DNA from: a virus
Taxonomy: Duplodnaviria > Caudoviricetes
Length of the DNA stretch: 56,040 nt
IMG/VR virus record: IMGVR_UViG_3300042294_002897
Location: 1 to 56,040 of that record
Direction: 5' to 3' (one strand)
Shown here: piece by piece, positions 1-8,636 of the stretch
Layout: the number at the start of each line of letters is the position of its first letter
Position numbering within the stretch: position 1 is the stretch's first letter
The notes under the pieces: model-generated
The model's input: the letters and a program-made list of their open reading frames with translations, nothing else
The model's database searches: none
What the model was told of the DNA's origin: nothing
Translations under genes and position numbers: made by a program

Positions 1-710
1 AAAATTTATCACTTCAAGATATTCGTTTTGCTAGAACGATCAATCGTATTCAAAAATGTATGATTGCTGAACTAAATAAAATCGCAATAATTCATTTATT
101 TCTTTTAGGGTTTGAGGATGAACTAGGTTCATTTCAATTGTCTTTGACCAATCCATCAAAACAAGCTGATTTACTTACTGTGGAAGTTTGGAAAGAAAAA
201 ATGTTATTGTATCGAGATGCTGTTACAAAAATTGAGGGAATTGCACCTGTATCTAATGCTTGGGCTAAAAAACACATACTTGGTTTCTCTGACGATGAAA
301 TCAAATTGGATCTTAACCAACAAAGAATGGAGATCGCAGTTGCCGCTGAGTTGGCAAATACTCCTAACGTTATTAATAGAACGGGTATATTTGATAATAT
401 TGATAAACTGTACAGTAAATCAGTTTTAAGTGGTGAAACCGCCACGAGTGGATCTGTTCCACCTGGTGGTGCAGAACCTTTACCACCTATGGGTGGTGAA
501 TTAGGCGGTATGGCACCTGGCCCTGGTGGTGAAACACTTCCTCCTCCTGAAGAACCGACATTGGCTCCTGAAAATACAAAGATGTCCACAAATATTATTC
601 TAGAAAGATTGGAAATCGAAGAAAAAAGTGAGATTGATTTTGATAAAGGAGAAAAAATATTACAATCAATAAGTCAAGTATTGGATAAATTGTCGGACGA
701 TAATATTTAA
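1..710 (+). CDS. Portal protein (T4 gp20-like), C-terminal part, 5'-truncated by the window
   Basis: Frame is open from nt 3 (NLSLQDIRFARTINRIQK..ELNKIAIIHL), matching the gp20-like 'DIRFARTIxRIQ' motif. Pro/Gly-rich tail. Lies upstream of protease, scaffold and capsid. Confidence 0.85.
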   Translation, partial: NLSLQDIRFARTINRIQKCMIAELNKIAIIHLFLLGFEDELGSFQLSLTNPSKQADLLTVEVWKEKMLLYRDAVTKIEGIAPVSNAWAKKHILGFSDDEIKLDLNQQRMEIAVAAELANTPNVINRTGIFDNIDKLYSKSVLSGETATSGSVPPGGAEPLPPMGGELGGMAPGPGGETLPPPEEPTLAPENTKMSTNIILERLEIEEKSEIDFDKGEKILQSISQVLDKLSDDNI

Positions 711-722
711 TAAATAAACATT

Positions 723-1424
723 ATGAAATTCGGAGAACTTTTTTCATCAATAGAAGATCATCTAATCTCGTCATACCAAAATGGTATTTTCGAACAGGAA
801 ATTAAAAAATTCAAGAAATTGGTTCTTGAAAATAAAGGTTTAACTTCTGTATTTTATCACTATCAATCATTAAAAAACACAAGGTCTTTAGATAAGGACA
901 CTGCTGAAATTTTTATTCAAGAATCTGTAAAACAGATTGAAGAAAATAAAAAATCGGTGAAGAAAAAATTGGCCGAATTTTGGGTTAAAGAAATCAAAAC
1001 TGATAACATATACGAGGATATTGATAATTTAATTTATCCTGATTTCACAAATTTGGTGGAGTGTGCACACTCTAAAAAAAGGTTAATTAATCAACTTTCA
1101 GAAGATACAGAAAAGAAAGAAAATATCAATTTACCAATTAATTCTATTCTAAAGATAGCAAATAGTACCGCATCTAACTATATTTCAAATTTAGATGAAA
1201 ATACTCAAAAAGAGTTGATGAGTATTTTGACAGAGAGTGAAGAAACTCTACAAAAAAAATATGACGAATTCAAAACCAACACTATCAATAAATTACTAGA
1301 CATCTCAAAAGAAAATACTGAAGACATTTCTTCAAAAATTCAAGAAACCATCAGTACCATTGAGAAAGAAACTTTTGATAGGATTAACTTCGTAAGGTTA
1401 AAAAACCTATACGAGAGTTTGTAA
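723..1424 (+). CDS. Hypothetical helical head-module protein (possible prohead core component)
   Basis: 233 aa ORF right after portal. TATTTAA motif at 704-710. Several xxE sites. Function inferred from position only. Confidence 0.5.
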   Translation: MKFGELFSSIEDHLISSYQNGIFEQEIKKFKKLVLENKGLTSVFYHYQSLKNTRSLDKDTAEIFIQESVKQIEENKKSVKKKLAEFWVKEIKTDNIYEDIDNLIYPDFTNLVECAHSKKRLINQLSEDTEKKENINLPINSILKIANSTASNYISNLDENTQKELMSILTESEETLQKKYDEFKTNTINKLLDISKENTEDISSKIQETISTIEKETFDRINFVRLKNLYESL

Positions 1425-1426
1425 AT

Positions 1427-1618
1427 TTACCCCTCAGAACTACGTTTTTTTTGTATAAACTGAGCTTTTAGAATTTCTTTTCTTCTTTTTTGAGATTTAC
1501 TTTCATGAGATAATCTTGATAAAAGAATTTCATTCTGTTTGGTTCTGATTATTTTTCCTTTCAATAATTTGAGGCTTTTGTCGAGATTCGACGCACCATT
1601 AATTTTTATTATTATCAT
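1427..1618 (-). CDS. rpsU: Phage-encoded ribosomal protein bS21
   Basis: 63 aa basic protein MIIIKI..NLDKSLKLLKGK..L..R....S.KRR.EI.KA.FIQ aligns by eye with Bacteroidota bS21 (NIDRALKRYKRK...KPS...KAAYIQ). Antisense within the head module. Confidence 0.8.
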   Translation of the reverse strand: MIIIKINGASNLDKSLKLLKGKIIRTKQNEILLSRLSHESKSQKRRKEILKAQFIQKKRSSEG

Positions 1619-1648
1619 ATCAACTAATTATATTAATAATGGAAAAAA

Positions 1649-1680
1649 TTTGATTTATATCAATATTATAACTATTTTTT
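1649..1680 (+). promoter_or_regulatory. Possible Bacteroidota sigma-A-type promoter
   Basis: TTTG (1649-1652), 20 nt, then TATTTTTT (one mismatch to TAnnTTTG), upstream of the 1716 ORF. AT-rich context lowers specificity. Confidence 0.35.
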
Positions 1681-1715
1681 TGAAAAAAAATAAACCATTG
1701 TTATGAAGTTAATTA

Positions 1716-2165
1716 ATGAAAAAAGGCAAAACGTGTAAATTAAATGGATTTACAAAATTAAAAAGTACGTACGGTACGGTGGATTCAAGAACATTTAAAT
1801 CATTGTATTTGAATATCCAAAGTTGGGTAACACCCAAAAAAAATGTTGAAAATTGGTCGAGAGTCATAAACATATTAAATAGAGAAATCAAAGAAACCAT
1901 AGGTGATTTTTTAGATCTTAATTTATTTCAATCTACATTCATTTGTGATTTAGATCTTAGAACTAGTGGTCTTGTTATGGGTAAAAAAAGTTTTATGAAT
2001 TTAGAAATAACTTTTTTCGTAAATAAAAATGTTGAGTTCAAATCTCTGATCTTAAAAAAACATTTGCAAGATATAACTTCTTTTATAAATTCCCATAATT
2101 TTTCTCAAAATATTTATTTCGATTTTGAAAAAACAAAAAAAACAAAAACAATCGAAACTACCTAA
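1716..2165 (+). CDS. Hypothetical protein
   Basis: 149 aa ORF with normal composition and no recognised motif. Confidence 0.6.
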   Translation: MKKGKTCKLNGFTKLKSTYGTVDSRTFKSLYLNIQSWVTPKKNVENWSRVINILNREIKETIGDFLDLNLFQSTFICDLDLRTSGLVMGKKSFMNLEITFFVNKNVEFKSLILKKHLQDITSFINSHNFSQNIYFDFEKTKKTKTIETT

Positions 2166-2177
2166 TATTTATTTATA
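2166..2177 (+). promoter_or_regulatory. TATTTAT late-gene motif (two overlapping copies)
   Basis: TATTTATTTATA just upstream of the protease ATG (2186). The motif recurs before other structural genes. Confidence 0.55.
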
Positions 2178-2185
2178 AATTTTTT

Positions 2186-2917
2186 ATGAAAATATTAGGA
2201 CCAAATGAAGTGGGAAAAGGTATCTTGATTGAGATGGATGCAGGATTTGTGTCTGCCACAGATCACAGAAACATAAAAGTTTTAGAAGAACAAAAAACTC
2301 AATTAGATTATTCAAAACCTTTTGAATTCTATGCTGTATTACAAAAATATAATACACCAAATAGAAATGGTAGAATTTATCCAGAACAAATTCTTAAAAG
2401 AGAAGCTGAGAACTACAAAAAATTAATTAAGAAAGGAGTTGCACTATCTGAATTAAACCATCCAGAGTCTTCATTGATTGATTTAGACCGAGTGTCTCAC
2501 ATAATTAGTGACTTATGGTGGGAAGGTCAAATGTTACTTGGAAAACTAAAACTTTTAACGTCACCTGGATTTCATGAGAGGGGGATTGTATCAACCAAGG
2601 GAGATCAGGCTGCAAATTTACTAAGACAAGGAGTAACTTTAGGGATATCATCTAGGGGTGTTGGGTCTCTGAAAAAAGTTGGAGAACAAAACGAAGTTCA
2701 AAAGGATTTTGAATTAATATGTTTCGACTTAGTTTCTTCACCTTCCACACCAGGAGCTTATTTGTTCTCAAACATTGACGATCGACATTCATTCGATGAA
2801 AATATCGAAGAAGAAAAAAAATTAAGACAGATATCGTCAGAATCCACTGATAACACAAATCCTATGAATCGGTCTATTGACTTGATGAATAAATTGAATA
2901 ACTTTTTAAGAAAATAA
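2186..2917 (+). CDS. Prohead core protease (T4 gp21-like)
   Basis: Motifs NRNGRIYP, ELNHP (catalytic His), GISSRGVGS (catalytic Ser), FDLVSSPS. Confidence 0.93.
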   Translation: MKILGPNEVGKGILIEMDAGFVSATDHRNIKVLEEQKTQLDYSKPFEFYAVLQKYNTPNRNGRIYPEQILKREAENYKKLIKKGVALSELNHPESSLIDLDRVSHIISDLWWEGQMLLGKLKLLTSPGFHERGIVSTKGDQAANLLRQGVTLGISSRGVGSLKKVGEQNEVQKDFELICFDLVSSPSTPGAYLFSNIDDRHSFDENIEEEKKLRQISSESTDNTNPMNRSIDLMNKLNNFLRK

Positions 2918-2920
2918 TTT

Positions 2921-3133
2921 ATGGAAGATTCTAAATATTTTGTATGTAAAGTACAATACGATCTACCTGATGAAAATTCAGGTAAGATCAAAAAAATCAC
3001 TGAAATGAAATTGGTACGAGCAATTTCAGTTACTGATGTCGAGGCAAAAGTGACTGGAAAGTATCAAGGCTTTCAACATGATTGGCGAATAACGTCAGTG
3101 ATTGAGAGTAAAATCGATGAAGTGATCGAGTAA
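2921..3133 (+). CDS. DUF4494-like small protein
   Basis: YFVCKVQY..GKIKKITE..LV.A.S.T..EAKV resembles Bacteroidota DUF4494 (WFECKVRY..KKVTE.YLVDALSFTEAEAR). Confidence 0.6.
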   Translation: MEDSKYFVCKVQYDLPDENSGKIKKITEMKLVRAISVTDVEAKVTGKYQGFQHDWRITSVIESKIDEVIE

Positions 3134-3138
3134 AAATG

Positions 3139-3167
3139 AACCCCACCAAAGAGTGGGGTTTTTTTTT
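3139..3167 (+). terminator. Intrinsic terminator
   Basis: AACCCCAC-caaaga-GTGGGGTT followed by a T tract, just after the stop at 3133. Confidence 0.85.
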
Positions 3168-3223
3168 GTTTAATTTTTTTACAATAAAAATTGTAAAAAT
3201 CAATATTTTTTGCGCTATGGATA

Positions 3224-3231
3224 TATTTATA
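3224..3231 (+). promoter_or_regulatory. TATTTATA late-gene motif before scaffold and capsid
   Basis: Located after the terminator and 19 nt before ATG 3251, where a new promoter is needed. Confidence 0.6.
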
Positions 3232-3250
3232 TGGAAAAATTTAATATTTT

Positions 3251-4795
3251 ATGGCAGACAAAAAGTCATTAGTAGAAGAAGCTCTTCTTCAGATGAAAAA
3301 TCTAGAAGATGTTGTAACTGAAAACGCAAAAGGAATACTTGCTTCAACAATGAAGGAAGAAATCTCTGAGCTAGTAAAAGAGTCGTTAAAGACTAAAAAT
3401 AAACTAAAAGAACAAGCTGAACCTGAAATAGATTCTGACGATGAAATGGATATGGATTCTGAAGAAGAAATTGATATTGATTCTGAAGATGAAATGGATA
3501 TGGACTCTGAAGATGAAATGGATATGGACTCTGAAGATGAAATGGATATGGACTCTGAAGATGAAATGGATATGGATTCCGACGAATTAGATATCGACAT
3601 TGAAGATGAAGATGTTGTAGAAATCCCTGATGACGCATCGATGGAAGACGTATTAAGTGTTTTCAAAAAAATGGGTCCATCTGATAGAATTATCGTGAAA
3701 AAAGAAGGTGATAAAATTCACCTTGATGACGAAGAAGAAGATGTAGAATATATCATCTCAACAAACGAATCTATTACCGAAAAAATGTCCGATTCCCAAA
3801 TGGACCAAATCATGAATGATATTTTCTCAGAAGAAATGGATGAGGAAATGGATGAGGAAATGGATGAAGAAATGGATGAGGAAATGGATGAAGAAATGGA
3901 TGAGGTTGTGTATGAAATTTCTATGGATGAGGAAGACACAGATGACGAAATCGATGAAGAAGATATGGAGGAATCTATGTATGAATCAAAAAGTGGTATG
4001 AAACCAATAATGTTTTCAAATTGGAAATCCGAAACCAAAGAATCTACAACTACAAAACCAAAAGAAAAAGAAAAAGTTGAAACTGGTAAAGATAAAAAAC
4101 GCAGTCCTTTCCATAGACCAGGTGAAAAAACAGCCCCTAAAGCTAAAAAAACTGAAACAAAAGAGGGTATAGGAAAAATACAACCTACAGGAAAAGCTAA
4201 AGGTACTGGAATGAATCTTTCTCCCAAGAAATTTGAATATAAGGAAGGTAAGAAACATGACATTTCTGCTGTGGAAAAAAGAATCGCCGGAGCTTTCTCA
4301 AAAGGTGAAACTAAAGAAGCCGCTAGAACACTAAGTAACGGAACTAGAAATTACGGACTGAGAAAAGGTTTACCAAAAGCTAAAGTAATTCCAAATTCGG
4401 CAGTTAGTGAAGAAGTTCAATCTCTAAGACAGAAGAATGTTGAGTATCAAAAAGCTTTGAATGTCTTCAGAGAAAAACTTAATGAGGTTGCTGTTTTCAA
4501 TTCCAATTTGGCTTATGCAACTAGATTGTTCACAGAACATCCTACTTCAAAACAAGAAAAAATTAACATTCTTAGAAGGTTTGATGATGTTGAATCAATC
4601 AAAGAATCCAAAAATCTTTACAATTCAATTAAAAACGAATTAACAAATTCCTCGAAAAATGTTGTGACTGAATCTATGGAAAAAATCGAAAAAACACATA
4701 GTTCAGGTTCTTCACAAAATTTAATCGAATCAAAAACTTATGAAAATCCTCAGTTCTTGAGAATGAAGGATATCATGCAAAAAATAAACAAATAA
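3251..4795 (+). CDS. Prohead core scaffolding protein (T4 gp22-like)
   Basis: Between protease and MCP. Very acidic repeats, a basic middle section and a coiled-coil C-terminus (LNEVAVFNSNLAYATRLF). Confidence 0.8.
   Translation: MADKKSLVEEALLQMKNLEDVVTENAKGILASTMKEEISELVKESLKTKNKLKEQAEPEIDSDDEMDMDSEEEIDIDSEDEMDMDSEDEMDMDSEDEMDMDSEDEMDMDSDELDIDIEDEDVVEIPDDASMEDVLSVFKKMGPSDRIIVKKEGDKIHLDDEEEDVEYIISTNESITEKMSDSQMDQIMNDIFSEEMDEEMDEEMDEEMDEEMDEEMDEVVYEISMDEEDTDDEIDEEDMEESMYESKSGMKPIMFSNWKSETKESTTTKPKEKEKVETGKDKKRSPFHRPGEKTAPKAKKTETKEGIGKIQPTGKAKGTGMNLSPKKFEYKEGKKHDISAVEKRIAGAFSKGETKEAARTLSNGTRNYGLRKGLPKAKVIPNSAVSEEVQSLRQKNVEYQKALNVFREKLNEVAVFNSNLAYATRLFTEHPTSKQEKINILRRFDDVESIKESKNLYNSIKNELTNSSKNVVTESMEKIEKTHSSGSSQNLIESKTYENPQFLRMKDIMQKINK
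3431..3598 (+). repeat. 24-bp coding tandem repeat (DSEDEMDM), about 7 units
   Basis: GAYTCTGAAGATGAAATGGATATG-like units at 3431, 3455, 3479, 3503, 3527, 3551, 3575. Confidence 0.9.
3830..3901 (+). repeat. 12-bp coding tandem repeat (EEMD) x6
   Basis: GARGAAATGGAT repeated six times. Confidence 0.9.
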
Positions 4796-4815
4796 ACAAA
4801 ACTAAATAAAAAAAA

Positions 4816-6678
4816 ATGGGTGCATTATTAGAAAGCGGTCTTGTTGGTAACATTGGGTTAAAACACCTCAAAGTTATCAAAGAAGATACAATCAACAAGT
4901 GGGACAAACTTGGGTTCTTAGAAGGACTAAAAGGTCATATGAAAGAAAACGTTGCTCAGTTATATGAGAACCAAGCGTCATTCTTGATAAACGAAGCGTC
5001 ATCGACTTCTGACAGTGGTTCTTTTGAAACCGTTGTATTTCCTATCGTAAGAAGGGTTTTCTCAAAACTTTTGGCAAACGATATCGTATCGGTACAAGCA
5101 ATGAACTTACCTATCGGTAAATTGTTCTACTTTGTTCCTAAAATTCAAGGTTATTCGGGTGGTACAGGTAATAATGATCTAGGTTGGGGTGGACAAAGTG
5201 GTGACCACTACGCTCCAATTGGTTCACCTGGTAACTATCCAGGAAATCAAAATGCAGGTTATACTGCTGCGGATGGTACAGGAACTTATAATCCTTACTA
5301 CAAAAAAGATCTTTACGATTTATTTTATGAGGGCGACGAAGCAACTTTAAATCCTCCAGGTCTTTTTGACTACTCCAAAGGACAATGGACTGCTGTTACA
5401 GCAAGTACAGTAACATACGCATGGGATGCTAGTGGATCTTTGATACCTTCAGGTTACACATCATCTGATTACCGTAAAGTCATTATTGTAATGAGTGGTT
5501 TTTCAAATGCTGGTGCTGGTCAATTAATTGGTCCTAATGGTAATACCATGGATACCGAAGAATTTTTATCTGGATTAAACATTTTTGGTGTTTCAACAAA
5601 TGCTACAACATCAGGTAATACTCTTGGTGTTGGAAATCCATACCTTTTTAGGGTTGTAACTCAAAAATATGGTAAAGGTATCGTTCAATACGGATCACAA
5701 ACCAATACCACATGGCCTATTGGTAACAACTCAGGTGGGGCTTATAATAACATTTGTGATGCTAATGGGTTTATCTATTTAGAAATTGATTTACAAGTTC
5801 CTGTGTGTATTTCTTGTGGACAAACAACGCCTGATGGTTATACAGGATCTACATTTTCTTCATCAGCAACAACTAATCAAGCTTTTATAGCAATTTATAG
5901 AGTTTATAAAGAGCTTGAATTTGAAGATAAAATTGGTGAAGTTTCTTTCGATTTAGAATCAGTTACAGTTTCTGTAACAGAACGTAAATTAAGAGCACAA
6001 TGGTCTCCTGAACTTGCTCAAGACGTTTCAGCGTTCCACAACATTGATGCGGAGGCTGAGCTTACAGCTCTTCTTTCTGAACAAGTTGCCGCAGAAATCG
6101 ACAGAGAAATTTTGAGAGATTTGAGAAAAGGTGCTGCTTGGAACTTGAGATGGGATTACAACGGTTGGAAGAGATTAGCTTCTACAGGAACGACTCCTTA
6201 TACTCAGAAAGATTGGAACCAAACACTTATTACCGCTATCAACCAATTGTCGGCACAAATCCATAAGTCGACATTGAGAGGTGGTGCTAACTGGATCGTT
6301 TGTTCTTCTGAGATTTCAGCGATATTTGATGATTTGGAATATTTCCACGTATCAAACGCTGCTCCTGAGCAAGATCAATACAACATGGGTATTGAGAGAA
6401 TTGGTACACTATCCGGTAGATATCAGGTTTACAGAGATCCATATTTCCCACCAAACCAACTTATCATCGGTCACAAAGGTACTTCGTTGTTAGACACAGG
6501 TTACATTTACGCTCCGTATGTGCCTCTACAATTGACGCCTACTATGTACAATCCGTTCAACTTTACACCTATCAAAGGTATAATGACAAGATACGCTAAG
6601 AAAATGGTTAACAACCGTTTCTATGGTCGTGTGACTTGTGACGGTATCCGTACTTTCGATTTGAGAGAATTACGTTAA
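4816..6678 (+). CDS. Major capsid protein (T4 gp23-like)
   Basis: FPIVRRV..L.ANDIVSVQAM..P.G..FY; RKLRAQWSPELAQD...H.IDAEAEL..LSEQ..EIDREI; YAPYVPL; P.KGIMTRYA. Confidence 0.96.
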   Translation: MGALLESGLVGNIGLKHLKVIKEDTINKWDKLGFLEGLKGHMKENVAQLYENQASFLINEASSTSDSGSFETVVFPIVRRVFSKLLANDIVSVQAMNLPIGKLFYFVPKIQGYSGGTGNNDLGWGGQSGDHYAPIGSPGNYPGNQNAGYTAADGTGTYNPYYKKDLYDLFYEGDEATLNPPGLFDYSKGQWTAVTASTVTYAWDASGSLIPSGYTSSDYRKVIIVMSGFSNAGAGQLIGPNGNTMDTEEFLSGLNIFGVSTNATTSGNTLGVGNPYLFRVVTQKYGKGIVQYGSQTNTTWPIGNNSGGAYNNICDANGFIYLEIDLQVPVCISCGQTTPDGYTGSTFSSSATTNQAFIAIYRVYKELEFEDKIGEVSFDLESVTVSVTERKLRAQWSPELAQDVSAFHNIDAEAELTALLSEQVAAEIDREILRDLRKGAAWNLRWDYNGWKRLASTGTTPYTQKDWNQTLITAINQLSAQIHKSTLRGGANWIVCSSEISAIFDDLEYFHVSNAAPEQDQYNMGIERIGTLSGRYQVYRDPYFPPNQLIIGHKGTSLLDTGYIYAPYVPLQLTPTMYNPFNFTPIKGIMTRYAKKMVNNRFYGRVTCDGIRTFDLRELR

Positions 6679-6696
6679 TCTTCTCAATGGTAATTG

Positions 6697-6730
6697 AAAA
6701 GGGGACAAGAAATTGTCCCCTTTTTTTTTT
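6697..6730. terminator. Bidirectional intrinsic terminator
   Basis: AAAA-GGGGACAA-gaaa-TTGTCCCC-T10 between convergent genes. Confidence 0.9.
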
Positions 6731-6968
6731 AGGTTTCAGACTTTGAAATTGGGGAAAATAGAATTCTCAAAGATTTAGATATAACTTCACTTTCTTTTAG
6801 TGAAAATATTCCATTTATGTGAGCATAATTTAGAGCTTGTTGAATACAATAAGTGGCTTGAGCAGAATTAATTTCATCAATAAATTTTGACAGATTTTCT
6901 TCAGAGTCATAATTTATAGAACCAAATAAAGTTCCTAAAATTTTTGAATTTTGTTGTTCATTTTCCAT
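6729..6968 (-). CDS. Hypothetical protein
   Basis: Likely start ATG 6968 (MENEQQ...), 79 aa. Confidence 0.6.
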   Translation of the reverse strand: MENEQQNSKILGTLFGSINYDSEENLSKFIDEINSAQATYCIQQALNYAHINGIFSLKESEVISKSLRILFSPISKSET

Positions 6969-7002
6969 ACGTAAGGTATTTATGGTAATATACATAAAAA
7001 AA

Positions 7003-7581
7003 ATGAATAATCAACTCAGGGAGGATTTAGCTGTTTGGTTTGGAACCAAAAAGAAAAAAAAGGGGACCAAACAACCACAAGGACCTTGGGTTAATATTTG
7101 TAGAAAAAAAGAGGGTGGTGGACATCCACCATGTGGGAGAGGAGATACTGACAAAGGTGCGTATCCGAAATGTAGAGCTAAAGGAGTTGCATCAAGAATG
7201 ACTGACGCTCAAAAGAAATCCGCATGTCAGCAAAAAAGAACTGCAGAAAAAAAAGACACACAATCAGGTAAAGGTCAAAAACCTGTATACACATCATATA
7301 AACCCAAAAAAACTAAAAAAAATGAGGCTATGAGAGCCATGATTAAAAATCTTCTGCAGGAAACAATAAATAGAAAACAAATGCTTGAATTAGGTACTTT
7401 AGTAGAATTAGAACATACTAAAAATCCTACCAAGGCCAAAAAAATAGCCAAAGATCACTTGGATCAAAATTCTAAATATTATTGTCTTATGTTTAGAATA
7501 GGACTAATTGATGAAAAAGACGCCAAAAAAATGGCAAAAGAAATATGTCCTACGATTCAAGAAAATGAAGAATACCTCTGA
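7003..7581 (+). CDS. Basic Cys-containing protein with C-terminal DUF5661-like domain; probable head protein
   Basis: Likely start ATG 7003 after TATTTAT (6977-6983). N-part WFG..GPWVNIC..PCGR..YPKC. C-part G..VELEHT....A..IAKDHL....YY. Confidence 0.6.
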   Translation: MNNQLREDLAVWFGTKKKKKGTKQPQGPWVNICRKKEGGGHPPCGRGDTDKGAYPKCRAKGVASRMTDAQKKSACQQKRTAEKKDTQSGKGQKPVYTSYKPKKTKKNEAMRAMIKNLLQETINRKQMLELGTLVELEHTKNPTKAKKIAKDHLDQNSKYYCLMFRIGLIDEKDAKKMAKEICPTIQENEEYL

Positions 7582-7954
7582 GTGAATATTTGATATTTTG
7601 GGTTATTTTTTTTTCCATCATAGATCTTTTCAATTCAATTTTTTCATTGAATCTGTCGACTAGTTTGCCGTGTAGAAATTCGTTCATAAATACTGTATAA
7701 GCACAATGGTCATTTACAATATTCACATTAACTGAATCAATAGTGACAAACAAATTTTTGGACTCGTTTTTGATGTACCTTTTATTTGTGATAGGTGTCA
7801 TTAAAAGTTCACTCGATTCATCGTCAATCAAATTCATACAAATTTTGAGAGCAATTATTTCGTAACGAGACTCCATTTTGGGTCTATAATACCTCAGACC
7901 TTGGATATAAATTTTTTTGAAGTACCTTTTGATTTTCAAGTATAATTTTTTCAT
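7550..7954 (-). CDS. Hypothetical protein (host-type promoter, likely early)
   Basis: Start reassigned to ATG 7954 (MKKLYLK), directly downstream of a consensus promoter. Confidence 0.6.
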   Translation of the reverse strand: MKKLYLKIKRYFKKIYIQGLRYYRPKMESRYEIIALKICMNLIDDESSELLMTPITNKRYIKNESKNLFVTIDSVNVNIVNDHCAYTVFMNEFLHGKLVDRFNEKIELKRSMMEKKITQNIKYSLRGILHFLES

Positions 7955-7971
7955 GGTTTGGTTTAGTCCCA

Positions 7972-8003
7972 CAAATATAATAGACTTGACTGAATAATCC
8001 AAA
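7972..8003 (-). promoter_or_regulatory. Bacteroidota consensus sigma-A promoter (-33 TTTG / -7 TAnnTTTG)
   Basis: Minus strand reads TTTG-gattattcagtcaagtctat (20 nt)-TATATTTG, 17 nt upstream of ATG 7954. Confidence 0.8.
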
Positions 8004-8636
8004 TCAACAATAGGGTGGTGAACATCTTTTTTTTCCATCCAAACCTTTAACTTTTCCTTTACATACTTGCACCGCATAGCCGTTAGCGTAGGCACTTGGA
8101 TATACATCAAATTTTGCTTTTGCCGCCGATTTACCTCTTGCACATAATTTTGTTCCTGTTTTTTTTCGACCTTCTTGAACCTGTAGTTGTTTACTATCTG
8201 ATCTCTCCTCTAAATATTTTATGTACATTTCTAAATCATTCATACCGAAATAATCAATATTATTTTCATTGAACCATTGTAATACTTCTTGCCAACTTAC
8301 GTCTTTCTTGATACTTTTAAGACACTCTATTGAACTTTTCATATTGTTAGTCAACATTGGTTGTTCCTGTATCATATTAGTTTCGTTGTTGAAATTATTC
8401 TTCATAAAATCATACACTTGGTCAATCGATTCTGTTGATGACGCAACATGATCCTGAGCCCAGTCGTGACCATCATCCAATAGTTGTTCTACCTTATTTC
8501 TATCGTATTTTAACAATTCATTTGCTTGATCTCTAATTTGTTCTAAATTAGAAAAAAACATATATCTGTCTTCTTGTTCTGATACTAATTTTTCTAATAT
8601 TTTATATTGATCTTTGTTTAAAATAATTTTTTTCAT
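8004..8636 (-). CDS. Modular probable head protein
   Basis: Leader MKKIIL...LVSE, a GHDWAQDHV module and a C-terminal basic CARGK..AK.KFDVYPSAYANGY module, separated by VSE/IQE/VQE sites. Confidence 0.6.
   Translation of the reverse strand: MKKIILNKDQYKILEKLVSEQEDRYMFFSNLEQIRDQANELLKYDRNKVEQLLDDGHDWAQDHVASSTESIDQVYDFMKNNFNNETNMIQEQPMLTNNMKSSIECLKSIKKDVSWQEVLQWFNENNIDYFGMNDLEMYIKYLEERSDSKQLQVQEGRKKTGTKLCARGKSAAKAKFDVYPSAYANGYAVQVCKGKVKGLDGKKRCSPPYC

Noticed and set aside
134-589. 151-aa antisense ORF
   Set aside because: Lies opposite the Pro/Gly-rich portal tail; no independent support.
3431-3901. Short direct repeats as a CRISPR array
   Set aside because: Contiguous in-frame coding repeats with no unique spacers.
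3289-4263. Ser/Ile-rich antisense ORFs (3289-3666, 3718-4263) and alternate-frame repeat ORFs
   Set aside because: Shadows of the acidic scaffold repeats.
7955-8143. Long N-terminal extensions given by the ORF track (also at 6982, 24155, 32131, 37329, 44483)
   Set aside because: They overlap neighbouring genes or promoter motifs; downstream ATGs fit better.
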